From assembly GCF_042660085.1 (NCBI RefSeq), contig NZ_JBHSTI010000018.1, positions 1-22,537 of the forward strand: DNA of 22,537 nt, written 5' to 3'. Both the position numbers and the translations under genes were made by a program. Numbering within the stretch: the stretch's first letter is position 1; the number at the start of each line of letters is the position of its first letter. The DNA is from Longivirga aurantiaca (GTDB lineage: Bacteria; Actinomycetota; Actinomycetes; S36-B12; CAIYMF01). Below the pieces are notes generated by a model, which saw only the letters and a list, made by a program, of their open reading frames with translations, ran no database searches and was not told where the DNA came from. Positions 7,294 through 14,192 of the stretch are shown piece after piece.

Positions 7294-7860
7294 TCAGTCG
7301 AGCACCACGTCCGGGGCCGCGACCTCGAAGACGTGCTCGAGGCCGTCCTCGTCGTCCCACTCCTCGCCGACCTGCACGAGGCCCGCCGCGAGCACGATGG
7401 CGAGCGAGCCCGTGTTGTCGGGCGAGACGCTGGCGCGCAGCACGCGCACGTCCGGGTGCGCGGCCGCATACCGCCACATCGTCTGCGCGATCTCGCGGCC
7501 GTAGCCGCGGCGGCGGTACGCCGGCACCACGCGGTAGCCGATCTCGACCATGCCCCGGGAGTCGGGCGGCGCGTGGAAGTTGCCGAGGCCGACGATCGTG
7601 CCGGTGCTGCGCTCGACCGCGAGGCGGATCAGCCACGGGTTCGACCTCGGGTCCTCGCGGACCATCGGGATGCGCCAGCGGATGGGCGAGTCGTGCGGCG
7701 ACAGGATGTCCGTGGGGTCGTCGTACGCGAGCGGCGCCGGCTCGCCGTCGTGGTCGTCGGCACGCGTGAGCAACTGCTCGACCGTCACGAGCACGAGGTC
7801 GAGCCGCGGCCCCACGAGCACGTCGGGGAGCGCCGGCTGCTCGGCCTCGGGATCGGTCAT
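7294..7860 (-). CDS. GNAT-family N-acetyltransferase (RimJ/RimL-like, Acetyltransf_3 type), 188 aa
   Basis: The product contains ...VGLGNFHAPPDSRGMVEIGYRVVPAYRRRGYGREIAQTMWRYAAAHPDVRVLRASVSPDNTGSLAIVLAAGL... This is typical of the RimJ/L subgroup. Confidence 0.85.
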   Translation of the reverse strand: MTDPEAEQPALPDVLVGPRLDLVLVTVEQLLTRADDHDGEPAPLAYDDPTDILSPHDSPIRWRIPMVREDPRSNPWLIRLAVERSTGTIVGLGNFHAPPDSRGMVEIGYRVVPAYRRRGYGREIAQTMWRYAAAHPDVRVLRASVSPDNTGSLAIVLAAGLVQVGEEWDDEDGLEHVFEVAAPDVVLD

Positions 7861-7907
7861 GCGTCCATCCTCACCCGGTGGTCCAGCGGGTTCGCCGTAC
7901 GCCGTCC

Positions 7908-8010
7908 TACCCGGGTAGCGAGCGTGCGCTCTGCGACGGATCCGCCACTCAGGCTCCCGAGCGCTGCGTTACCCGGGTAGCGAGCGTGCGCTCTGCGACG
8001 GATCCGCCAC
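7908..8010. repeat. Perfect 41-bp direct repeat, two copies with a 62-bp period
   Basis: TACCCGGGTAGCGAGCGTGCGCTCTGCGACGGATCCGCCAC occurs at 7908-7948 and again at 7970-8010. The repeat lies in the intergenic region between the serS stop (8029) and the GNAT start (7860). Each copy contains the inverted motif GAGCG-TG-CGCTC. Confidence 0.95.
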
Positions 8011-8028
8011 CCAGCTAGCGGCGGTCGG

Positions 8029-9345
8029 TCAGGCGAGGGGCGTCAGGAGCTCGCGGCCGCCGAGGTACGGGCGCAGCGCCTCCGGCACGCGCACCGACCC
8101 GTCGGCCTGCTGGTGGTTCTCCAGCAGCGCGACGATCGTGCGCGTGATCGCGACGAGCGTGCCGTTGAGCGTGGCGAGGGGGCGTACGCCCTCCTCGTCG
8201 CGCATGCGGATGCGCAGTCGACGGGCCTGGAACTCCGTGCAGTTCGACGTCGACGTGACCTCGCGGTAGCGCTCCTGGCTCGGCACCCACGCCTCGATGT
8301 CGAACTTGCGCGCAGCGCTCGCTCCGAGGTCGCCGGACGCGACGTCGATGACGCGGTACGGGATCTCGAGGCTGTCCATGAACTGGCGCTCCCAGCCGAG
8401 GAGGCGCTTGTGCTCCTCGACGGCGTCCTCGGGCGCGCAGTAGGTGAACATCTCGACCTTGTCGAACCAGTGCACCCGGAAGATGCCGCGGGTGTCGCGC
8501 CCGCCGGAGCCGGCCTCGCGGCGGAAGCAGGGCGAGTAGCCGACGTACCGGCGCGGAAGGGTGTCGGCGTCGAGGATCTCGTCCGAGTGGTACGCCGCCA
8601 GCGGCACCTCGGCCGTGCCGACGAGGTACATGTCGTCCTGCTCGAGGCGGTAGACGTTCTCCGCCGCCTGGCCGAGGAAGCCGGTGCCCTCCATGGCCGC
8701 GGGCTTCACGAGCGCCGGCGGGATCATCGGGGTGAAGCCGTTGCCGCACGCGAGCGCGATCGCGTGGTTGACCAGCGCGAGCTCGAGGAGCGCGCCGACG
8801 CCGGTGAGGTAGTAGAAGCGCGAGCCGCTGACCTTGGCGCCGCGCTCGATGTCGATCGCGCCGAGCGCCTCGCCGATGTCGACATGGTCGCGGACCGTGA
8901 TGCCCTCGGCCGCGAAGTCGCGGCGTGCGCCGACCTCCTCGACGACGGTGAAGTCGTCCTCGCCGCCGACCGGCGCGTCGGAGTCGATGAGGTTGGAGAG
9001 CTGGCCGAGCAGCGTGGCGGCCTCCGCGTCTGCGGAGACACGGCGCGAGTCGGCCGCCTTCACCCGCTCGGCGAGGTCGGCGGTGCCGGCCATGGCGGCC
9101 TCGAGCTCGCCCTGGATGCCGGCGCGGTCGTCGTCCGCGGCCTTCTTCAGCCGGCCCTGGATGTGCCCGATCTGCTTGGACAGCAGGTTCTGCTCGCTGC
9201 GCAGCGCGCTGAACGTCGCCTCGGCGGCACGGCGCAGCTCGTCGGCGTCGAGGAGCTGGTCGACGATGCCCGGGTCCTCGCCACGTCGGCGCTGGCTCTC
9301 GCGCACACGGTCTGGGTCGTCTCGGAGGAGCTTGAGGTCGATCAC
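8029..9345 (-). CDS. serS: Seryl-tRNA synthetase (serine--tRNA ligase)
   Basis: The product begins [24 protein letters not shown] with an N-terminal coiled-coil arm. The class II core reads ...[34 protein letters not shown]... and ...[20 protein letters not shown]. The start is GTG at 9345. Confidence 0.95.
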   Translation of the reverse strand: MIDLKLLRDDPDRVRESQRRRGEDPGIVDQLLDADELRRAAEATFSALRSEQNLLSKQIGHIQGRLKKAADDDRAGIQGELEAAMAGTADLAERVKAADSRRVSADAEAATLLGQLSNLIDSDAPVGGEDDFTVVEEVGARRDFAAEGITVRDHVDIGEALGAIDIERGAKVSGSRFYYLTGVGALLELALVNHAIALACGNGFTPMIPPALVKPAAMEGTGFLGQAAENVYRLEQDDMYLVGTAEVPLAAYHSDEILDADTLPRRYVGYSPCFRREAGSGGRDTRGIFRVHWFDKVEMFTYCAPEDAVEEHKRLLGWERQFMDSLEIPYRVIDVASGDLGASAARKFDIEAWVPSQERYREVTSTSNCTEFQARRLRIRMRDEEGVRPLATLNGTLVAITRTIVALLENHQQADGSVRVPEALRPYLGGRELLTPLA

Positions 9346-9418
9346 GGGGGAAGCCTACGGGGGACCGCCACGCCGAATCCCGCCCGGCCGCTCCCACCCA
9401 CACCCGTGACGCGGGTCG

Positions 9419-9451
9419 ATCCGTCGCTTCCCAGGCCCGGGAGCGACGGAT
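9419..9451 (-). terminator. Terminator hairpin downstream of bpa
   Basis: ATCCGTCGCT(T)CCC pairs with GGGAGCGACGGAT to give a 13-bp stem with one bulge and a loop of about 5 nt. It lies 23 nt after the bpa stop at 9474 and upstream of the serS start region. Confidence 0.6.
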
Positions 9452-9473
9452 TGATCAGTCTCAGCGCAGGGGG

Positions 9474-10046
9474 TCAGAGGTAGAGGCCGCTCGAGTCGCC
9501 GCGGCCGTCGCCCGGGCCCTCCGGCCCGCCGGGGCCGCCCGGTCCTGCGCCGATGGCCCGGCGCCGCATGTGCTCGATCTGCGCCTGCGCGGCCATCTGC
9601 TGGGCGAACAGCGCGGTCTGGATCCCGTGGAACAGGCCCTCGAGCCAGCCGACGAGCTGGGCCTGGGCGATGCGCAGCTCGGACTCGCTGGGGACGGAGT
9701 CGTCGGTGAAGGGGAGCGAGAGGCGCTCGAGCTCCTCGACCAGCTCGGGGGCGAGACCCGACTCGAGCTCGGTGATCGAACGGCGGTGGATGTCGCGCAG
9801 GCGGGCCCGGGAGGCCTCGTCGAGCGGCGCACCGCGCACCTCCTCGAGGAGCTGCTTGATCATGCTGCCGATCCGCATGACCTTCGCGGGCTGCTCGACG
9901 AGGTCGGCCACCGAGGTGCCGCTCTCCGCCGCCTCGGTGTCGTCCGCCGCGTCCTGGTCGAGGACGCCGATGGGCTGGCCGTCCGGCCCCACGATGACGA
10001 TGCGCTGCTCGGAGCCCGCGTCCTGCCCTGGGTTCTGCTCGGTCAT
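9474..10046 (-). CDS. bpa: Bacterial proteasome activator Bpa/PafE family (DUF2587)
   Basis: From ATG 10046 the product begins MTEQNPGQD and contains ...KVMRIGSMIKQLLEEVRGAPLDEASRARLRDIHRRSITELESGLAPELVEELERL...AQLVGWLEGLFHGIQTALFAQQMAA... It has a Gly/Pro-rich tail ending in GLYL. The M. tuberculosis Bpa tail ends in GQYL. Confidence 0.8.
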   Translation of the reverse strand: MTEQNPGQDAGSEQRIVIVGPDGQPIGVLDQDAADDTEAAESGTSVADLVEQPAKVMRIGSMIKQLLEEVRGAPLDEASRARLRDIHRRSITELESGLAPELVEELERLSLPFTDDSVPSESELRIAQAQLVGWLEGLFHGIQTALFAQQMAAQAQIEHMRRRAIGAGPGGPGGPEGPGDGRGDSSGLYL

Positions 10047-10303
10047 GCAGCCATACAACCACCGCCCACCGCGGCACACGAGGCGAGCCCGACGACCTGC
10101 GTCCCGGTCATGGGGCGGCACCTGAATGAGCGTGCAGCGTCAGGCATGTGGTGGCGCACGATTTCGATCAGTTCACCTTCGCGTGGTTCCATATCTGCGC
10201 ACGGCGCGCCAGCAGGGCGCGCACCGGCGTTTCACCGTGAGGGGTGAGAGCACCGGACCCCCCAGGGCACCGGGCTGCGCGATCGTCCAGAAGGAGACGA
10301 CAC

Positions 10304-10813
10304 GTGGACTACAACTGGCTGTCCCCCGGGGCGGAAGCCCGTCCTGTCGGTGCCAAGGGTTGGGGATCGTTCGCGACCACGCGGATCCCCGCGGGCACGA
10401 CGGTTGCCGGTTTCGGCGGGTGGGTCGTGACGCGCGAGACGCTCGCGACGTTCAGCGAGGACCGGCAGGGCCGCTCGATCCAGATCGACGAGGACCTCTA
10501 CCTCGTCTCGGACGACACCCCCGAGCCCGGAGACATGCTCAACCACTCGTGCGAGCCGTCGTGCGGCCTCGTCGGCGCGACCGTGCTCGTGGCCATGCGC
10601 GACATCGAGGTCGGCGACGAGCTCACCTTCGACTACGCGACCTGCGACTCCAGCGACTACGACGAGTTCGAGTGCCTGTGCGGCGAGCCCACCTGCCGGG
10701 GGGTCGTCACGGGCCTCGACTGGACCAAGCCCGAGCTGCAGGCCAAGTACGACGGCTGGTTCTCCCCCTACCTCGCACGCCGCATCGCCGCCCTCCCCGC
10801 CTCCACCCGCTAG
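10304..10813 (+). CDS. SET-domain protein (putative protein lysine methyltransferase), 169 aa
   Basis: The SET signature is DMLNHSCEPSCG, followed by ELTFDY, and a Cys-rich post-SET-like motif CLCGEPTCRG. The start is GTG at 10304, 7 nt after AAGGAG. The track start at 10244 adds an Arg-rich extension. Confidence 0.85.
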   Translation: MDYNWLSPGAEARPVGAKGWGSFATTRIPAGTTVAGFGGWVVTRETLATFSEDRQGRSIQIDEDLYLVSDDTPEPGDMLNHSCEPSCGLVGATVLVAMRDIEVGDELTFDYATCDSSDYDEFECLCGEPTCRGVVTGLDWTKPELQAKYDGWFSPYLARRIAALPASTR

Positions 10814-10930
10814 GGCTGACGTCTCCCGCTCAGGACGGATACCGCCCCTGAGGGGCGCCGCTGTCCTTCCCTGCGCCGTACCCCTCGACCGAATCGCGCG
10901 CGACAGCGGCGCAGTGCTCCGGGCAGGCTC

Positions 10931-11932
10931 GTGGACGTGGACACGGGCCAGCACGACGGGCGCTCCGCGGCCGCGCCGGTGATCCGGCCGCTGCGGTGGG
11001 ACGGTCGTACGCCGCACCCGGCCGACATCGCCGCCGTCCACGACGTCTACACGCGCTACGAGCGCTCCCGCATCGGGACGGTCGACGCGTCGGAGGCTGA
11101 CACCCGCTACTACTTCGAGCTCGCCCACGTCGACCGGGAGGAGACATGCCTGCTCGACGTCTCCGGCCTGCCGGTGGGGTCGGTGTACGTCAAGGTCGAC
11201 CCGTCGGTCCGGGACGTGTACGCCGACATCGCGGTCGTCCCAGGGCCGCACGAGCCCGATGCACTCGCGGCCGCGCTCGCGCACGCGCTCACCGCGTCGC
11301 GCCGGATCGTCGCCCGGGCGGGCGAGCCTGGGTGGACCCTGAGGGTGGCGTGCTGGAGCCCGGACTCCGCCCTCTCGTCGCTGCTCGCCGCGGCGGGCCT
11401 CGTGCACGTGCGCAGCTTCTACCGCATGCGGATCGATTCGTCGTCCCCCTCGATCCCCTCTGTCGCACCGGAGCTGCCGCCCGGTGTGGAGATCGTCGTG
11501 CGCGACGACGAGCCCACCCGGCGGGCGATCTGGAAGGTCGACAACGACGCGTTCCTCGACCACTGGAACTTCGCCCCTGTGCCGTACGACGAGTGGTGGG
11601 ACGACCTGGGCACCGGCGATTCACGCGACCGCGACGGCTGGTGGCTGCTGACCGTCGACGGCGAGCCCGCGGCGATCTGCCTGCTGGACGAGCGTCGGGC
11701 CGAGATGAACGAGGGGTACGTCGGCATCCTGGGCGTGCGCCGCGAGTACCGACGGCGCGGGCTCGCCTCGCTCCTGCTGCAGCGCGCGTTCGTGCGATAC
11801 CGGGACATGGGCCGCACCTCGACGCTCCTGTCGGTCGACGCCCAGAGCCTCACCAGTGCTGTGGGCGTGTACGAGCGGGTCGGCATGCGGGTCGAGCACG
11901 TGCGGAACGGCTGGGCCCTCGAGCTGTCGTGA
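10931..11932 (+). CDS. Two-domain GNAT acetyltransferase with MshD (mycothiol synthase)-like architecture, paralog 1
   Basis: The central linker reads FYRMRIDSSSPSIPSVAPELPPGVEIV, then NDAFLDHWNF...DGWWLLTVDGEPAAICLLDE...GYVGILGVRREYRRRGLASLLL. This parallels the MshD domain layout. The start (GTG 10931) is tentative because there is no clear SD. Confidence 0.75.
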   Translation: MDVDTGQHDGRSAAAPVIRPLRWDGRTPHPADIAAVHDVYTRYERSRIGTVDASEADTRYYFELAHVDREETCLLDVSGLPVGSVYVKVDPSVRDVYADIAVVPGPHEPDALAAALAHALTASRRIVARAGEPGWTLRVACWSPDSALSSLLAAAGLVHVRSFYRMRIDSSSPSIPSVAPELPPGVEIVVRDDEPTRRAIWKVDNDAFLDHWNFAPVPYDEWWDDLGTGDSRDRDGWWLLTVDGEPAAICLLDERRAEMNEGYVGILGVRREYRRRGLASLLLQRAFVRYRDMGRTSTLLSVDAQSLTSAVGVYERVGMRVEHVRNGWALELS

Positions 11933-12000
11933 CACATCGGCCGACCCGGCGGGCCGAAACGCGGGCGACACGACGGGTGCCCCGCGGGCAGGCTCCCTGT

Positions 12001-12120
12001 GTGGACGACCCGACCGTGACCGACCCGACCGTGGACGACCCGACCGTGACCGACCCGACCGTGGACGACCCGACCGTGGACGACCCGACCGTGGACGACC
12101 CGACCGTGACCGACCCGACC
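12001..12120 (+). repeat. 15-bp tandem repeat, 8 copies in two variants (order A B A B A A A B)
   Basis: Variant A is GTGGACGACCCGACC (VDDPT) and variant B is GTGACCGACCCGACC (VTDPT). The eight copies are contiguous and in-frame with the downstream GNAT gene. Every unit starts with a potential GTG start codon. Confidence 0.95.
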
Positions 12121-13116
12121 GACGCCCTCGACCTTCTGCGCGCGGACCTCCCGGCGCACCTGACCGTGCGGCTGCCGAGGTATGTCGACGGCGTCGTCGA
12201 CCCGGACGATCTCGACGCCGCCGAGGCGCTCATCGCCCGCTGCGACGTCGCGGCCGTCGGCGAGCGCGACTCCGGTCGCGAGGAGGTGGCCGGGATGTTC
12301 TCCTCGGCGTCCACCGACCGCGAGCACTCTGCGTTCGTGCTCGACGGCGACGACCTCGTCGGCTACCTCTGGATCGAGCAGGACCCGACCGCCGCCGAGA
12401 CGTGGGTCGACGTGTACGCCGACCCCGAGCGCTGCACCCGCGGGATCGTCACGGCCGGCCTGAGTCACGGGCTCCGCGTGGGGCGCGCGACGCACGCGGC
12501 CACCGCGCCCGACCGTGCCTGGACCGTGCGCAGCGGCTGCTTCGGCACCGACACCGTCCTCGTGGAGGGGTTGCAGGCCGCGGGCTTCGAGTGCGTACGG
12601 CGCTTCTACCGGATGCGCATCGACCTCGCGACGGCGTCGCTGCCCGACGTCGCACCGCCGCTGCCCGACGGCGCGGTGCTGGTGAACGCGCGCACCGACG
12701 TCGAGCGACGACGCCTGTACGCCGTGCAGCAGGAGTCGTTCGCCGACCACTGGAACCACACCGCGCGGTCCTACGAGGAGTACCTCGAGCGCCTCGACGA
12801 CAACTCCAGCGACGACCCGGACGGCTGGTGGCTGCTCGAGGTCGACGGCGTCCCCGCGGCGGTCTGCCTCCTCGACGAGAGCCGCGCCGACCTCGGCGAC
12901 GGCTACGTGCGCACCCTCGGGGTCGGCCGCGACTTCCGCGGGCGCGGCCTCGCGCAGCTGCTGCTCATCCGCGCGTTCCTCCACTACCGCGACCGGGGCC
13001 GGTCCGGCGTGCAGCTCGGCGTCGACAGCACGAGCCCGACCGGTGCCGACAAGCTCTACCGCAGGGTCGGCATGACCGTCACCCGCGAGATCGACGCCTG
13101 GTCCCACCCGCTCTAG
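12001..13116 (+). CDS. Two-domain GNAT acetyltransferase, MshD-like architecture, paralog 2, with a pentapeptide-repeat N-terminus
   Basis: It is collinear with paralog 1: FYRMRIDLATASLPDVAPPLPDGAVLV...QESFADHWNH...DGWWLLEVDGVPAAVCLLDE...GYVRTLGVGRDFRGRGLAQLLL. The first possible start is GTG 12001, and any of 8 repeat GTGs or a later codon could be used. The track ORF 11146.. reads through paralog 1 out of frame. Confidence 0.75.
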   Translation: MDDPTVTDPTVDDPTVTDPTVDDPTVDDPTVDDPTVTDPTDALDLLRADLPAHLTVRLPRYVDGVVDPDDLDAAEALIARCDVAAVGERDSGREEVAGMFSSASTDREHSAFVLDGDDLVGYLWIEQDPTAAETWVDVYADPERCTRGIVTAGLSHGLRVGRATHAATAPDRAWTVRSGCFGTDTVLVEGLQAAGFECVRRFYRMRIDLATASLPDVAPPLPDGAVLVNARTDVERRRLYAVQQESFADHWNHTARSYEEYLERLDDNSSDDPDGWWLLEVDGVPAAVCLLDESRADLGDGYVRTLGVGRDFRGRGLAQLLLIRAFLHYRDRGRSGVQLGVDSTSPTGADKLYRRVGMTVTREIDAWSHPL

Positions 13117-13213
13117 CCCAGCTGCACCTCTCCGCCCTGAGGGTCGATCACGGCAGTTGAACTGCACTTCCTGACCCCTAGTCGTGATCTTGAGCGGTCG
13201 AGACGGGTGGGCC

Positions 13214-14191
13214 TCAGACAGCGAGCAGGACCTTGCCGACGTGCTCGCTCGCCTCGACCACGCGGTGCGCCTCGGCGGCGTCGCGCAGGGGAATCACGCG
13301 GTCGGTCACGGTCGAGATCGCGCCGCTCTCCACGAGCGGCCAGGCCTCGGCAGCCACGCGGGCGCAGATCGCAGCCTTCTCCGACGCCGGACGCGCCCGC
13401 AGCGTCGTCGCGCGCAGCTGCCCCCGCTTGCCCATGAGCACGCCGAGGTTGATCTCCCCCGTCGTGCCGCCCTGCATGCCGATCACCTGGATGCGGCCGC
13501 CGGTCGCGAGCACGTCGACGTTGCGCTGGAGGTACGCCGCCCCCATGACGTCGAGCACGACGTCCGCACCACGGCCTTCGGTCGCGGCCTTCACCGCTTC
13601 CACGAAGTCCTGCTCGCGGTAGTTCACCAGGATGTCGGCGCCGAGCTCGCGGCAGCGCTCGAGCTTGTCGGCCGACCCGGCCGTCACCGCCACGCGCGCG
13701 CCGAGCGCCGCGGCCGCCTGGATCGCGAACGTGCCGATGCCGCCGGCGCCGCCGTGCACGAGCAGCACGTCGCCGGCGCTGAGACCGGCGTCCATCACGA
13801 CGTTCGACCACACCGTGCACGCCACCTCGGCGAGCCCGGCGGCATCGAGCAGCGGGACCCCGCGCGGCACGGGCATCAGCTGACCGGCCGGTACGGCGAC
13901 GAGCTCGGCATAGCCCCCGCCCGCGAGCAGCGCCGTCACCTCGTCGCCCACCGACCAGCCGCCGACCCCGTCGCCGAGGGCAGCGATCACGCCGCTGCAC
14001 TCGAGCCCCGGGTACGCCGATGCGCCACGTGGAGGCGGGTAGAAGCCTTGGCGCTGAAGCAGATCCGCCCGGTTGACGGCCGAGGCGGTGACGCGCACGA
14101 GCACCTCCCCGGGCCCGGCGACGGCGTCCGGCACCTCCTGCCAGCGCAGCACGTCCGGCCCACCTGGCTCGGTGATCACGACGGCGTGCAT
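13214..14191 (-). CDS. qor: NAD(P)H:quinone oxidoreductase, zeta-crystallin/PIG3-type MDR family
   Basis: The product begins MHAVVITEPGGPDVLRWQEVP and contains ...NRADLLQRQGFYPPP...LVHGGAGGIGTFAIQAAAALGARV...GKVLL. This is the classic Qor pattern. Confidence 0.9.
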   Translation of the reverse strand: MHAVVITEPGGPDVLRWQEVPDAVAGPGEVLVRVTASAVNRADLLQRQGFYPPPRGASAYPGLECSGVIAALGDGVGGWSVGDEVTALLAGGGYAELVAVPAGQLMPVPRGVPLLDAAGLAEVACTVWSNVVMDAGLSAGDVLLVHGGAGGIGTFAIQAAAALGARVAVTAGSADKLERCRELGADILVNYREQDFVEAVKAATEGRGADVVLDVMGAAYLQRNVDVLATGGRIQVIGMQGGTTGEINLGVLMGKRGQLRATTLRARPASEKAAICARVAAEAWPLVESGAISTVTDRVIPLRDAAEAHRVVEASEHVGKVLLAV

Positions 14192-14192
14192 G

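Noticed and set aside
6452-7860. GNAT toxin / antitoxin (TacT-AtaT type) module involving the small hypothetical at 6937..7266
   Set aside because: Known GNAT TA pairs have a small RHH/DUF1778 antitoxin immediately upstream of, and overlapping, the toxin gene. Here the small gene is downstream of one GNAT and convergent with the other. It shows no RHH-like N-terminus.
8015-9483. Alternative-frame ORFs over serS (8015..9403 minus, 8113..9483 plus)
   Set aside because: The serS frame has unmistakable class II aaRS motifs. The others are compositional shadows.
10043-10192. A 49-codon minus-strand uORF whose TGA overlaps the bpa ATG (ATGA)
   Set aside because: The overlap geometry is attractive, but third-position GC is only about two-thirds against 90% or more in real genes here. 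It is rich in rare GAA, GGT and GCA codons and I found no SD. It is probably non-coding leader or promoter DNA.
12001-12120. The 15-bp repeat array as a CRISPR or other spacer-containing array
   Set aside because: The units are contiguous with no spacers, far too short, in-frame with a CDS, and no cas genes are present. It is a coding tandem repeat.
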